DNA of 64,000 nt from Eledone cirrhosa (GCA_964016885.1 OZ024743.1:287866001-287930000), one strand, 5' to 3'. Positions 30,349-45,090 are shown, counted from the stretch's first letter. The notes: generated from the sequence alone by a model not told the origin. Made by a program: numbers and translations.

Positions 30349-30531
30349 AATTGTTTCTACTTTAGGCACAAGGCCAGCAATTACCCAGTGCATTACTGGT
30401 ACTTTATTTTATCGACCCCGTAAGGATGAAAGGCAAAGTTAACCTCGGCGGGATTTGAACTCAGTCCGTAAAGGGACGTAACTATGCTGCAAAGCATGGC
30501 GGCCGACCCTCTACCGATACTGCCAATCCAC
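30349..30531 (-). mobile_element. tRNA-derived SINE, near full length
   Basis: Reverse complement of the SINE consensus. Confidence 0.9.
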
Positions 30532-30745
30532 ATAATAGACGGTAGATATCGTTGCTCGCACATTGCTCGTTTTGTTGTTTTCAATCGGTGTTTTTTCACT
30601 GTTTTCTCTTTTCTTCCCTTTTATTTTCGGTAGATATCTTGTCTTTAAAGCGTAGAAAAGATCCGAGAACACCAGTAGACAACTGATGAGGAAAACTCCC
30701 CCTCCCCCAGTTCTTGCTTTCTTCTTATTCCCACTCCATTTTAAG

Positions 30746-30782
<37 letters not shown>

Positions 30783-30830
30783 TATATATATATATATAAG
30801 TACACACACACGTACGTACGCGCGCGCGCG

Positions 30831-30924
<94 letters not shown>

Positions 30925-31475
30925 ACACACACACACATAGATATACAGAAGAAAGTGACTAATGGAATGCATTTCCGAATGATTGAGTTTGTTTTCCTTT
31001 ATCCTATAATCTTTACAGAATGTTAACAGTGAAAAGTAGGCAAATTAGAAAAAAAAAACCAAACAAACAAATATATATATATTAAATAGTGTTGAGTTTT
31101 ATAATCCGTTTATATAATTGAACGTTTTTAAACTCCCTCTCTCGCGCTCTCAAACATATACCCCAACAAATACATATATATTAGGGTTGGTGCTCGGAAA
31201 TAGCGATGTATACATGAATGTATGTATAGTATATTTGGCAATATACCGTATGTTTAATTAAAAACATTTTGAAGACCTTGCGCTATCAATTTTTAAAGTA
31301 GTGACTATGTCACTTATTTCTTTTTTTCCGGTATATATAATTGTTGAATTCTACAAAGGAGAAATAATAGTAATTTTTTTAGGGAAATCTTTCTGAATTT
31401 CGTCTTTCGAATTATTCCATCGATAGCAATCTAAGACACAATTGTGTGAGGTAGGATTTCTGGGTATAAACATAT

Positions 31476-31506
<31 letters not shown>

Positions 31507-31720
31507 GACGTGCGCTTATACATACGTGCACGTCTATATATTTATATATATATAGCACGCGAGATGTGTGTGTCTCTCTGTGAACATTTCAGCAAATCTG
31601 AAAAACATTCAATTATTGTCTTCGTCCCAGACGAAACATCAAAGAGCTTTTTGAAGGTTTCACAACTGATTCGTCATCCAACGGAAACATTATACTGTAG
31701 CGGTATATATATATATAGAA

Positions 31721-31773
31721 GAGCTTCTACAGGACTAGAACTATTTCATTCGCGAGAAATCATCAGGAAGCCC
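31721..31773 (-). ncRNA. Complete family D hammerhead ribozyme
   Basis: GGGCTTC CTGATGA t TTC tcgc GAA t GAAA TAG ttctagtc CTG TA GAAGCTC: 7-bp stem I. Confidence 0.75.
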
Positions 31774-31837
31774 TGATATATATATATATATATATATATA
31801 ATATAAGATCAAAAGATGGTTAAAGGAGTTCAATATA

Positions 31838-31904
31838 TTTTATTATGCGCATTTCAAAAACAAACATCATCAAATAATAATATTTGTGTTTTCATCAGAT
31901 AAAA
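31838..31904 (-). ncRNA. Type I hammerhead motif (mirror copy of 34331-34397)
   Basis: TTTTAT CTGATGA ...hairpin... GAAA TG cg CA TA ATAAAA. Confidence 0.65.
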
Positions 31905-33145
31905 CAGGAGAACATGATATGAAGGCTAAAAAAAACACTTGTTGATAGTGCAGTTTTAAATCAACATATGAAAAGTGGTTTTAGATTGATGTGTGATATT
32001 GGGAAAAATATTTTATTTAGAGAGGGGGGGAGAGAAAAGGATGAAAAGGGAAGGAGATGAGAGGGAGAGATGGGTGATAGAGAGAAAGAGATAGTTTTTA
32101 TAACAGAGAGGAGATATATTTTATATAGAGGGGTTGAAAACCGTTGGAAGATACTGTATAAATTAAAAATTTTGAAAATTAACGAAGGGAGGATATGTGC
32201 GAGGAAAAAATATATTATATTTAGGGAGGGGTGGGGGTGGAAAGGATGAAAAAAAGGGGAGGAGATGAGAGTGAAGGTGGAAAGGGAGAGATGGGTGATA
32301 GAGAGAAAGAGATAGTTTTTATAACTGAGAAAAAGATATAATGTTTTAATATAGAGAGGTTGGGAACCGTTGGAAGATAATGTATAAATTAAAGGAATTT
32401 GAAAATTAACGAAGGGAAATTATGTATGGAGATAGAGAGAAAAAAATAACGAAGGGAGATTATGTATGGAGATAGAGAGAAAAAAATAATAATTGTGGGT
32501 GAATATTCTAACGTCAAAAGGAGAAATGTAGGAATTTTAAAATTAGCAAAGAGAAAAGGTTTATGTGTAGGATTTGAGAAAAATAATGTGAAGTTAAAGT
32601 TTTTATATTGAATTCATATGTATTAATAATGAGTTCGTTGATGGGGAGAAAAAAATAATAATAAATTAGGGATGAAATTGAGATTAAAAAGATTGATGAT
32701 AGAGAGAAAAAATAATAATGATTGCGGATGAATACTCAAAATGTCAAAAACAAATGTTATTGTTTTACGAGGAGATATAATGAGGGTGATGAGTAAACGG
32801 GTATTATAGAGTGTATAATGCCCTTTAAAGTAAGGTAGATGGGTATATTTTAAAGAATATATGAGTATATATAAAAAAAAATATATATAATAATAAATTA
32901 AGGATGAAATTGAGATTAAAAAGATTTATGATAGAGGGAAAAAAAAATAATAATGATTGCGGATGAATATTCAAAATGTCAAAAACAAATGTTATTGTTT
33001 ACGAGAAGATAGGATGCGGGAAAAGAGTAAACGAGTATTATAGAGTGTATAATGCCCTTTAAAGTAAGGTAGATGGGTATATTTTAAAGAGGTGTATGTA
33101 TATGTGCCTTTGAGAAAAGATTCTAAATTGATAAAGAATTGAATA

Positions 33146-33482
33146 TTAACTGTATACTTTGTGAAAAGTTCTATGGAATTTATGCAGGCAGATGGAAAAC
33201 AAATCCGAGCGTCTATTTATTATGGATTCTAGGTTAGAGATAATGGTAAATTTTTCATTTAGGCAAAGATTACAGATTTTAGATAGAGAACTGTTCAAGT
33301 ACGAGGATGCAGAAGAAATCTTTTTCCAAAAGATGTTATATTTAATGTTTTTGTCTTTTAAGGACCATATGAGTTCTGAGAGAGCAGTGTTAGTTCTTTT
33401 AAGTTTGTATTTGAAAGATGAATGATGATTATAGAGACGAGCTTTAAAAGAGGTGGAAGTGGAGCCAAAATAGGTGAAGGAA
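33146..33482 (-). pseudogene. GIY-YIG endonuclease C-terminal fragment (Naiad/Chlamys-like PLE type)
   Basis: YFGSTSTSFKARLYNHHSSFK...TALSELIWSLK...CNLCLNEKFTI...INRRSDLFSICLH. Confidence 0.85.
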
Positions 33483-34330
33483 TTGTTTTTGACATTTTGA
33501 GTATTCATCCGCAATCATTATTATTTTTTCTCTCTATCATCAATCTTTTTAATCTCAATTTCATCCCTAATTTATTATTATTTTTTTCTCCCCATCAACG
33601 AACTCATTATTAATACATATGAATTCAATATAAAAACTTTAACTTCACATTATTTTTCTCAAATCCTACACATAAACCTTTTCTCTTTGCTAATTTTAAA
33701 ATTCCTACATTTCTCCTTTTGACGTTAGAATATTCACCCACAATTATTATTTTTTTCTCTCTATCTCCATACATAATCTCCCTTCGTTATTTTTTTCTCT
33801 CTATCTCCATACATAATTTCCCTTCGTTAATTTTCAAATTCCTTTAATTTATACATTATCTTCCAACGGTTCCCAACCTCTCTATATTAAAACATTATAT
33901 CTTTTTCTCAGTTATAAAAACTATCTCTTTCTCTCTATCACCCATCTCTCCCTTTCCACCTTCACTCTCATCTCCTCCCCTTTTTTTCATCCTTTCCACC
34001 CCCACCCCTCCCTAAATATAATATATTTTTTCCTCGCACATATCCTCCCTTCGTTAATTTTCAAAATTTTTAATTTATACAGTATCTTCCAACGGTTTTC
34101 AACCCCTCTATATAAAATATATCTCCTCTCTGTTATAAAAACTATCTCTTTCTCTCTATCACCCATCTCTCCCTCTCATCTCCTTCCCTTTTCATCCTTT
34201 TCTCTCCCCCCCTCTCTAAATAAAATATTTTTCCCAATATCACACATCAATCTAAAACCACTTTTCATATGTTGATTTAAAACTGCACTATCAACAAGTG
34301 TTTTTTTAGCCTTCATATCATGTTCTCCTG

Positions 34331-34397
34331 TTTTATCTGATGAAAACACAAATATTATTATTTGATGATGTTTGTTTTTGAAATGCGCATAATAAAA
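34331..34397 (+). ncRNA. Type I hammerhead motif, palindromic stem III ATGCGCAT
   Basis: TTTTAT CTGATGA aaacacaaatattattatttgatgatgtttgttttt GAAA tgcgca TA ATAAAA. Confidence 0.65.
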
Positions 34398-34579
34398 TAT
34401 ATTGAACTCCTTTAACCATCTTTTGATCTTATATTATGCATACTCCAGTCCCACAAACTGTAGAGCGCTTCTTATCCGATATCTGCATTGCTTTATTGTA
34501 CTACAATAAAACTCACCTCCTACATATATATATATATATATAGAAAGATTTGAATGGATACAGTTTAGTTGAAAGGAAT

Positions 34580-34699
34580 TTATTGACACGTGTTTCTATA
34601 ACAGTTACATAACCTAAAACAGCTGCTATCTACAAACTTTTAGTTATGCAAACATTCAATATTTCAATGTTATTATTTACTGTCATTTCATCAGAATAA
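34580..34699 (-). ncRNA. Type I hammerhead with long stem II insertion
   Basis: TTATT CTGATGA a ATGACAGT...ACTGTTAT a GAAA cacgtg TC AATAA; GUC triplet. Confidence 0.7.
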
Positions 34700-35258
34700 T
34701 ATTACTGAGGACCTATTTAGTTTTTATAGAGAATATTAGGAGGGAGGGGTGAAGTTGTTAGAAGAATAGTTGAAGGAGTGGTTTTTCGATAGCAGTGAGA
34801 ATTCTTGGTGGCAGTGAGTAATTAGATTCCCATCTGTTGTTTTGACATTTTTTATAGAATATATTATTGGTTATTTTTCTAAATCTATAGAAGGATTAGA
34901 GATAGTAAAGATATGCGTGGTTGGTTTTGTGTTTGCACTTAATTAACATTCAGACTTAAATTTTTCTTTCAAGTGTACGTATCCTTTCACCCACGCATTC
35001 ACACACAAATATATTTGCACACCTCTACAAAATACATATATTCACAGTTCACATATTCATACTTACATATATATACACATGCATACACATATATATACAC
35101 ACATGTATTCATGTACATACATACGCGCTCATGTGTATACATTTTCATACTCAACTTATCTTTATATACACACGTATAGACACACACATATACATACATA
35201 CTCTAGTCCATGTGTACACACATACACATACATACACATCCATATACACATACATACA

Positions 35259-35384
<126 letters not shown>

Positions 35385-35507
35385 CATATATATACATATA
35401 TATATATAAGCACTTTAATACATGAATACACTTACATCTAACTATACACATCAAACATATATATATATTTACTTATTTATATACATTTTCACATATATAT
35501 ACATACT

Positions 35508-35565
35508 TATGGACGTTTTTTGACACATTCATTATCGCATATTTATACCTATTCTCATCAGCATA
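35508..35565 (-). ncRNA. Decayed hammerhead downstream of a GIY-YIG remnant
   Basis: TATG CTGATGA ga...tc aaaaaa cg TC CATA (G12 lost). Confidence 0.4.
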
Positions 35566-35677
35566 TCTTTCCATTATTAGTGTGGTAATTTAAGGTTATT
35601 AATATATGTTGAGAAGAGATTGTTTTTATATTTTTCTAACTAGATTAAGGTTTATATAGTTGGGGGATGTCCCTCTT

Positions 35678-35896
35678 TTATGTAATATTCGGCTTGTAGT
35701 GGGAAAAAAGGGTTTTAGTTCTGTGACGGCAGAATAATGTTCGTTCAATTCTGTTATTCAGCAGTTTCTTCTTGTGTGTGATTATGTAATAAATCTCAAG
35801 ATTACACAATTTGCAGAAATTTTGGCTCCTGGAAAAGCTTTGGGTTTTAGCTAATTTTTCCCATTTTAGGGTAAACTTTTGATCGCTATATATCAT
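35678..35896 (-). pseudogene. GIY-YIG C-terminal fragment (Naiad/Chlamys-like PLE type)
   Basis: LKWEKL...CKLCNLEIYYII....LLNNRIERTLFCRHRTK. Confidence 0.8.
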
Positions 35897-36041
35897 ACAT
35901 CTCTCTCGATTTCTCTCTCTATATATATATATAAAGCATGATCCCCAGCAGACAAGCGATGAAGGAAAATTTTCTCCTGTTCGTGCTTTCCTCTTTTTTA
36001 TAAGTACACTTTATCCAGCAACCACACAGCCCCTGTTTCTT

Positions 36042-36090
<49 letters not shown>

Positions 36091-36130
36091 GAAAATAGAG
36101 AAATTAATGTAAGCAAAAAGCCGACAATAA

Positions 36131-36178
<48 letters not shown>

Positions 36179-36799
36179 TGTGTGTATATGTGTGTGTGTA
36201 AAAATATACGTTTATATATCAGGTATTAACAACAAACTATGATTTAAATGAATTGGACAGTGTAATTTGCATAATGTGCATTCGTCTTTGACTTAGCTAA
36301 TTATATAGTGTTCAGAAAACTAGTCCGTGTGTTAAGATCTAAATTGAAGAGGCTGCATTGTAAAATATATAAATACTCATGATAACAATTTGAAACACGT
36401 CCCAAATTTACAGGTGCAGTCTAATATTTTAAGAATATTTTTTAGGTGATCCATTCCTAAAGCTATCTGCCATTGAACCTTAGATATGGACAAAAGACTA
36501 AGCCAAGCTGTATCAACCATGATATTAAGCAATTAAGATTTTTGCTTTAATAATGCTATTTACTTAACTGAATATTCTGTTAAATTCAGTTGAGAGCCGT
36601 AACTGAGAAAACGAGTTTGCTGTTAGTAAAAGCCTGATAAATAGACAAGTTAGGCCAACATTACAAAATACCAACATGGCTCAAATATACCCCAGAGAAG
36701 GTGACGGAATGAGACAGCATATATACTCTGGGATATACCAAAGGACAAATCAGTCAAAACCAATCAAATAGATACTGTAATCAAATACCACAAAGAAAG

Positions 36800-37522
36800 G
36801 GAATGGGATTTGAACTCAGCGTAAAGAACCAGAGGAAATATTTAAAAACAATCTTCTACGTTTCAATAATGTTACCAATCCGTCATCCTCACTAATGATA
36901 AAGATTTCTACTTTAGGCAAAATGACATCAGTTTTGTGGAGATTTAAACTTAGAACATAAAGAACAAGAAACAGTTACACATTTATCTGACGCATGAACG
37001 ACTCTGCCAATCCACCACCTTCTAATAGTAATAATAATAATTGTTTCTACTTTAGGCACAAGGCCAGCAATTTGAAGAGGAAGGGAAATTCGATTAAATC
37101 GACCCCAGCGTATTACTGGTGCTATATTTTATCGACCCTGTAAGCATGAAAGGGAAAGCTAAATAATAATAATAATAATTGTTTCTACTTTTAGTACAAG
37201 GTCAGCAATTTCCCCAGTGCATTACTGGTACTTTATCTTATCGATCCCGTAAGGATGAAAGGCAAACTTAACCTCGGCGGGATTTGAACTCAGACCGCAA
37301 AGGGCCGTAACTCTATGCTGCAAAGCGTGGCGTCCGAGCCTCTACCGATAATAATGGTTTCTGGTTTAGACACACGGCCAATACTTTTTGGGAAGGGGAA
37401 AGTCGATTAAATAGACCACAGTGCATTACTGGTACTTTATTTTATCGAACCCGTAAGTATGAAAGGCAAAGTTAACCTCGGCGGGATTTGAACACAGACA
37501 ATAAAGGGACATAACTCTGCAT
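36800..37522 (-). mobile_element. Cluster of about five SINE copies and fragments
   Basis: Repeated ttgtttctactttaggcacaagg / ttatcgacccc / ggatttgaactcag blocks joined by (AAT)n. Confidence 0.85.
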
Positions 37523-37632
37523 ATGACTGTCATCATCAGTATCACCATCATCATCATTCTCATTGGCTTTATCGTCATCATCATCATCATCATCATCACC
37601 ATCATCATCACCATCATCATCATCATCGTCAC

Positions 37633-37663
<31 letters not shown>

Positions 37664-38058
37664 GACACCGTCACTCATTCATTTATTTATTTCTGGAACT
37701 TATACGTAAACAAAAGAAATTTAAAAAATCTGACACCCATACAAATAAAATCTGAAAGCAGCGAACAAGAGAATTATCACAATTTTGATATTCTTAATTA
37801 AATTATGACATTGTTATTCATTTTCTACTTATTTTTCTTATAAATAACTGAAACATAATTGTTCAATTTTTTCGAAATAAAAAAGACTCTTGTTAAAGAA
37901 TTATTGAATTAGTGAGAAAAAAGTCACGAAAAATTATGTCTTATATATCTATTATAGTTTTTCATTTGCTATTAATCATATTAAAAATACAAATATAAAC
38001 ATACACATAAGTAATCATATATTTATGTGTGTGTGTGTGTGAAATATATATATATATA

Positions 38059-38134
<76 letters not shown>

Positions 38135-38321
38135 AAAAATACTGATAGATAGCTGTGTTTTATGTCTTTATGTGTTTATATTTGCTTCTGGTTATATAGA
38201 GCTTATCTAATCAAATTTAATTTAACAGACTCTCTCTCTCTCTTTCTCTCACTCTCTCCCCTCTCTCACCCCCTCTTTATACATATATACATGCATACAC
38301 ATATCAGCAAAAATACACACA

Positions 38322-38359
<38 letters not shown>

Positions 38360-38394
38360 AACACATAAGTACACACACATGCACAAATACTTAC

Positions 38395-38436
<42 letters not shown>

Positions 38437-38516
38437 ATAATAATAAATTTGAAGACTAAAATCCAAAGAGGGCTCGATAAGGATAAATATATATCAAATA
38501 TATAAGAACCGTAGAG

Positions 38517-38583
<67 letters not shown>

Positions 38584-39324
38584 TATATAAGGTATATATG
38601 TGCATATGATATGTATGCAGATTAATGAAAGTTCTGTATCTCTTATTGCTGTCAATGATTACTCCTTCATGAAATGCTCAATTATTATTTTTTTCCATTT
38701 TTAACAGTTTTTTTTATGTCGGAATGTGATGTCTTGAAATTGTCTCTTAACTTTCTTAACAGATTTAATATCACTCAGTATTTGAAAGGAGAACATTCCT
38801 CATTCTCATCCCCATTTCCCTCCTATTCTCTTCCCAACCTTCTCCATCATCCCCATAATCATTGTCATAATCCCCGTATTCACCACCACCACCACCACCA
38901 CCATCAGCACCACCACCGACACCACCGACACCACCGCCACCTTCTCCACCACCACCACCACCACCGCCGCCAGTACCATCACCACCACCATCAACTCTAT
39001 CACCACCACCGACACCACCGCCACCGACGCCCCACCCCACCCCCGCCACCAATACCACCACCACTACCACCATCACGACGTCTACGACGACCACCACCTC
39101 CGCCACCACCACAACCATCACCATCACCACCACCACCACCATTATCATTATCATCATCACCCATTTTCTTTTTTTCTTCTTCATGTTCATTATATACATA
39201 CATTCAGATTTTATGAAAAAAAGTTTGAAACTAAATAAAATAAAATCTATACTCTATTTATAATATGTACTGAGTGCTAATGTTTGTTGGTGTGTATGAT
39301 CATACATAAAAAAAACACACATTC

Positions 39325-39534
39325 ACATATTTTAAAGTATTTGTAGGTATATTTGTCGACTTATTTTTACATGTACTTCTCATATCACATTATTTGGCAC
39401 CTTTATATCGTGTTTCCTAACATAACACAGTAAAATCAATTTATTATTTTTAATATTTTTATAATGCATTTAGTCATTTTGTTAACTCTGCAAGAACAGA
39501 AATATACAAAAACAAACGAATATAGAAAAACGAC

Positions 39535-39605
<71 letters not shown>

Positions 39606-39614
39606 TATATTATA

Positions 39615-39712
<98 letters not shown>

Positions 39713-40127
39713 TGGGGGAGGGTGAGGTGAGTATGCGAGCATGTGAGTGTGTTTTTATATATATATATATGCATGCACATTTACATGCATATTTACTTTT
39801 GTTTACGTATTTATGTATATATTATGCTCTTTTTATTATAGCAGGTAAATAAATATACAGCTACAAATTTGTCATGTCTGTTACTGCCGTTTTTCGAATT
39901 TAGTTTGTTTTTATTCTTTTGTTTTTGCATATTTCTTTTCTTGCACAGTTCACAAAACGGCAAAATACACGATAGAAATATTAAAAATAATACATTGATT
40001 GCACTGCGTTACGTTGTATACTGTGTTATGTTGTGGAACACGATATAAAGATGCCAAATAATGTGATATGAGAAGCACACATAAAAATAAGTCGATAAAT
40101 ATACCTACAAATGCTTAAAAATATGTC
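39325..40127. repeat. Diverged inverted repeat (39325-39432 / 40019-40127) enclosing (TA)n tracts
   Basis: tatttgtaggtatatttgtcgacttattttt...cataacacagta vs tactgtgttatg...aaaaataagtcgataaatatacctacaaat. Confidence 0.75.
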
Positions 40128-40491
40128 TGTGGTATTATATATACCATAGATGAAAAACGTTGTGCCATAAAACCTTTATCCCAATTCCACTGTTATAATA
40201 TCCCTACCATAAAAATAACCTGTCGAAGGTTAATAATATATTCAAAAATATATGACTGTGTTACGGGGGGAATGTTTGTAGTGATGGCTTTGTGATTGGT
40301 GTATGAAATATGTAATCGTTTGCGTATGTAAATGTGAATGTCATTATGGTAATTTATGAGAAACGAAACGTGAGGCAATGAGAGGTAGAAGATATGTAGG
40401 GTGTTCACAAGATTATGTATTAATCATTGATTAAGTATTTATCAACACGGGACATTTTGTGAACAAATCTTTGCAGGTGTTTAAACAGTTT

Positions 40492-40800
40492 TCAGGGTTT
40501 TCGAATTTTAACAGACGTGCGTTTTCCATGTAGTATAAGCGGGACATTTCTTGGCCCTAATTTTATATGGTCTTCTTGTTCTAGAATATTCCATTTAATG
40601 TCGAAGATATCTTCATCTACTAGATTGGAGTTGTTTAACTTAGTTGTAGTTTGCTCATCGACATATCCGAAGAGCATGTCGTGGTTAAAATAACGTTGCT
40701 TAAATTTGTACTTAAGCATACATATGTAGTATTTCTGCTTAGTTAGTTGGTTTGGTGGTTGACATAACCAGCACCAGATACAATCAATTCCCCTTTTCAT
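40492..40800 (-). pseudogene. Highly decayed PLE GIY-YIG fragment
   Basis: YYICMLKYKFKQRYFNH...F...T.L....F.IKWNIL aligns by eye with 33146-33482. Confidence 0.55.
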
Positions 40801-41005
40801 ATCTCCTCAATAGAGATATTTCGGAGATCCTACATGACTAGTCTGGAACAATTAGTTTCACCGGTTTATAGATGATTGATACCACAAGGCATCTCGTCGA
40901 ATACTGAGGAAATTCTATAAATCCTTCTGAACTGGTAGTTTAATTGAAATTATCGAACACTTCTAGCAATTTTGCTAAAGATTTAAGAACTTTTCTCATA
41001 AAAAT

Positions 41006-41195
41006 AATTGTTTCTACTTTTGGCACAAGGCCAGCAATTATCGCAGTGCATTACTGGTACTTTATTTTATCGACCCCGTAGGAATGAAAGGTAAAGTTAA
41101 CCTCGGCGGGACTTGAACACAGACCGTAAAGGACCGTAACTGTATGCTGCAAAGCATGGCGTCCAACCCTCTACCGATACTGCCAATCCACCGCC
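41006..41195 (-). mobile_element. Full-length SINE with 19-bp TSD
   Basis: cttttctcataaaaataat at 40990-41008 and 41196-41214. Confidence 0.95.
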
Positions 41196-41446
41196 CTTTT
41201 CTCATAAAAATAATATCGAATAGACCTTAACCGGACTTAAAGTGGCGATCCAGTTACTCATCCACGTTTGTGACATGCGAAAGAATTCAAAATAAAAAGA
41301 AATGAAGCAAAAAAAAAAAAAATCAAATTAACAAAGAGGAAACATTGAATTTGTAAAAAATTATTTCGGAATTTTACCATTATTACCTTTAGTGTGTGAA
41401 ACATATAAGAGATAACTTTAAAGAAAAACATAGAATAAGAAGCGTG

Positions 41447-41490
<44 letters not shown>

Positions 41491-41520
41491 TATATATGTA
41501 TATTACACACACATATATGA

Positions 41521-41562
<42 letters not shown>

Positions 41563-42063
41563 AATACATTATATCAGTCTAAGATATTATTTATATCTTT
41601 GAAGAATAAAAATCCACCTTGGATATTTCGCTTCGTCTAATATCATCATCTTTTATTATTTATATTTTTATTTACGATATTTCGGTTTTTCTATCAACCT
41701 TTATTTATTATTCATTCACAATTCTATACACACCTGTATCGCAATATAAACACATCTCACCTAACTCCACCATTACACACAACAAAGAGAACACGATTAT
41801 ACTTATAATATATATGTTTATATATATATATATATGTGTGTGTTTATATATACATGTTTATGTAGGTGGGCATTTCATATATCCATGTATTATGTATCAA
41901 ATTTTATCATTTTTCTTAAGAATTCAAAAAACAATTCTGTTCCTTTGTTGAAAAGATAAGGCTCAATGTTGATGATTAAATTTAGAAGTTCCAAGAAAAC
42001 ATCCATCAAAATCCACTGTACACCTATCATGTTAAAATAAATAAATTGCATATATATATATAC

Positions 42064-42168
<105 letters not shown>

Positions 42169-42236
42169 CATTATATATATATATTATACACACACACGTA
42201 TACACACATACACATATACACGTATATATATACGTG

Positions 42237-42268
<32 letters not shown>

Positions 42269-42304
42269 TTCACACATACATACATATATATCTATATATG
42301 TATG

Positions 42305-42350
<46 letters not shown>

Positions 42351-43091
42351 ATAAAGGGGAAATCAAAAGTTAAAAAAAAGAAACATATGCAAATAAGATA
42401 CATGAAAGACAACGCAGCTACTAAAAATTGCAACACATAAAATATTACATACACTCACTCTTCCGCGTGCGTGTATACGCATGCGCGCGCGCGTGTGTGC
42501 GTGTGCGTGCGTGTGTGTGTGTATGTGTGTGTGTATGTGTGTGTGTGGGGGGGGTATGTGTGTGTGTGTATGTATATAATTTAGATTAATATATTAAGAA
42601 ATATGACCTGAAGAAAAGCAACGAAATACATCGACATATCGATAATTTTTAAGAATAACTAATGAACTACTAAGGATAGCTGTATTATTATTATCATTGT
42701 TGTTGTTATTATTATTATTATCATTATTACCACTATTATTGTTGTTGTTGCTGTTGAGACTGTTCTTGTTATAATTATTCTTTCTTTTTTTAGTCTATCG
42801 ACACGTGTTGCAGATCGCTCTCGTAAGTTTGTTGTTATTCTCATTGTTATTTAACTCATTTTATTGAACATTTGATATCATAGTTAAATTATAGTTAAAT
42901 TAACCAATATTCTCATGCGTTGGTTAGTCTTTCTCTACCTCTAACTTTTAGAGGCTAAACCTGTGTTTATTTTCCAAACACGTCCCTCAATTGTTTTCTT
43001 TACAAGATGGAGGACGATCAATATTTCTCTGCTGAATTCCACAGCGGGCTGTTCCCAAGATTGAACAGCCAGAGGTAAAAAGACGACAACA

Positions 43092-43520
43092 GTGATTTTG
43101 AAAGTAAGCTGCATAAATGTACGTGGCCTGTGGCAGTCATGGAAGCAACATCGCTCGCCCAAAGACCTCAGGTCCCTTGCGATAGATGTGACAGTTATCA
43201 ATGAGACTAAGATTTCTGACACGCGAACACTAACACCATTCTTGATGACTTTGAGATCTGCGCATCTCCCAGTCGGCCTGGAATGGGAGGCGGGGTGACA
43301 ATGCTGTTTAGGTAAGGTGTGGATCTTGGACAGCATGTTTGTGGTCCTCGATGTGGGCAATAGTGAAGGTAGTGATTTTAGAAATGTGGCTATCTATGCT
43401 CCGACTGGGGCAGGACGGTTGAATTTCTTCATGCGTCTGGAGGTCTTTCTTGTAAAGTCTTGCCTTTTAGTGTGTATGGGTTTACTGGAAAGGCATCTTA
43501 GACTTACGTTGTGACTGTGA
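43092..43520 (+). pseudogene. L1/Tx1-type APE endonuclease remnant
   Basis: KVSCINVRGL...DVTVINETK...GGGV...VAIYAP across frameshifts. Confidence 0.75.
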
Positions 43521-43589
43521 GGAAGTAGCCGATAGAAGAGAGTGGATACAAGTATTTGGGGATTTTAGAACTGGTTAGAAGTTTACAAG

Positions 43590-43900
43590 CAGAAATGAAA
43601 GAAAAGATTAGAAACATATTTTAAAAGAGAAAATATGATTTTAAAATCCAACCTGAATGCGAGAAATCTAGTCACTGCAATGAATATCTGGGCAGTTGCA
43701 GTGGTGAAGATATAGTGCTTCTATTCTCAGGTGGACTGAGGAAGAAATAGCAAAGTTGGATAGTAAGCCGAGAAAGTTAATGACACTACGAAGCTTTTAC
43801 CCTAACGAAAATATAAAAAAATTGTATATAAAAAAAAAGAATGTTGGTAGAGGTTTCATCAGTGTGGATTATTGTAAAATATGTGGTAAATAGTGATGAA
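43590..43900 (+). pseudogene. R4/Dong-like non-LTR RT C-terminal remnant
   Basis: ILKSNLNARNLVTAMNIWAVAVV/RYSASILRWTEEEIAKLDSKPRKLMT...KLYI....GRGFISV. Confidence 0.7.
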
Positions 43901-44623
43901 GATGTATTGTAGAATATGTGGCAGAAGATATGGGTATGAATTCAGATAAAATTGTTGGTAAGGAAAAGTTTATGTAATAGGGAATTGGCACGAATCACTC
44001 AAAGTAGTTAATATAAACTACTAGAACACCTAAAGGGTATTGACTAATAAAGACAAAACCAGAACAACACAGAGGAACTTATAAATAAAAGAGAATACAA
44101 CGGTGATTTAAGAACATAAAATTCTAAAGATGAAAATTATCCATGACCATTTAAAGAATTAAAATATATAGAAAAATATTCTTCTGGACCACAGAAAGTA
44201 CCTACCAAAGATAACACTTAATGATGAAATAGCAACAATAATAACAAAACCAACGATAACAAAAAATACCACAGGTATTGCCATCGTAGACTTAATAAAG
44301 ACAAATATGAATATTAGCCGCTTGTACAAAACAATAAATGTAGTGACTACAGTATTTACAAAAAATGTTGTACTTCAGATCTACTCATATCGGAATACTT
44401 AACCCAAGCAAACGTTGGGGAATATAAACATTCAGAGAAAAAAAATTCTATAAAATAAAAGAAAATATCTCTTAATCCTTAATGAAATAAGTAACCCCCG
44501 CTCCCAAAACTAACGGAATAGTGATGGTTAGCGACGGATGGTTATCACCAACAAAACTATTCAAAACAATCAAGAAGGAGTAAAACAACACAAGAAGCAA
44601 TACAGTAAATAAATAAATAAGCC

Positions 44624-44654
<31 letters not shown>

Positions 44655-45090
44655 GAACAACTAAAAGTAACCAGGAAATGAAAAAAAATCCCTAAATTCT
44701 AGTTGAATAGTTGAAATATTTAACAAGCAGACATAAAATGAAATAACCGGTAAAAAATACCTGACTGGCTTATTGAGGAAAAACCATCTTAACACCCACG
44801 TCTAATGAAATAGCAAGTTCTAATATCTACATACTATTTACTAGTCTTCCCACAGGCTCTTTGAATAAAAGCTATCTTAATACCCACGTCGAATGAAATA
44901 GCAAGTTCTAATGTCCACAGACCCATTACTAGCATTCCCACAGTTAACAGAACCTTAATTGCAATACTAACTTTGAGAATAAAAGCAATGCGGAAAAATG
45001 TTTCTAGCAGAGCAATAGAGATGTAAAGGTTCATATGGCTGTATAGATAAATTACTGCTCAACAAAGCCACAACCAAAAACCCGTATGTA

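Larger units (their letters stand above)
31801..34524. mobile_element. Penelope-like element with ~950-bp inverted arms (31801-32753 / 33483-34434) in (TA)n
   Basis: Near-identical inverted arms, GIY-YIG remnant in the spacer, a hammerhead in each arm. Confidence 0.85.

Noticed and set aside
30676-30715. CTGATGAgGAAAA hammerhead candidate
   Set aside because: No stem II or stem III can form
36255-36283. Octamer ATTTGCAT in taatttgcataatgtgcattc, repeated at ~45625-45645
   Set aside because: A short shared word, probably a repeat remnant; no linked snRNA or gene found
41595-41655. Minus-strand aTGATGA...GAAA with a hairpin
   Set aside because: C3 is missing and stem II is poor; possibly a decayed copy but unsupported
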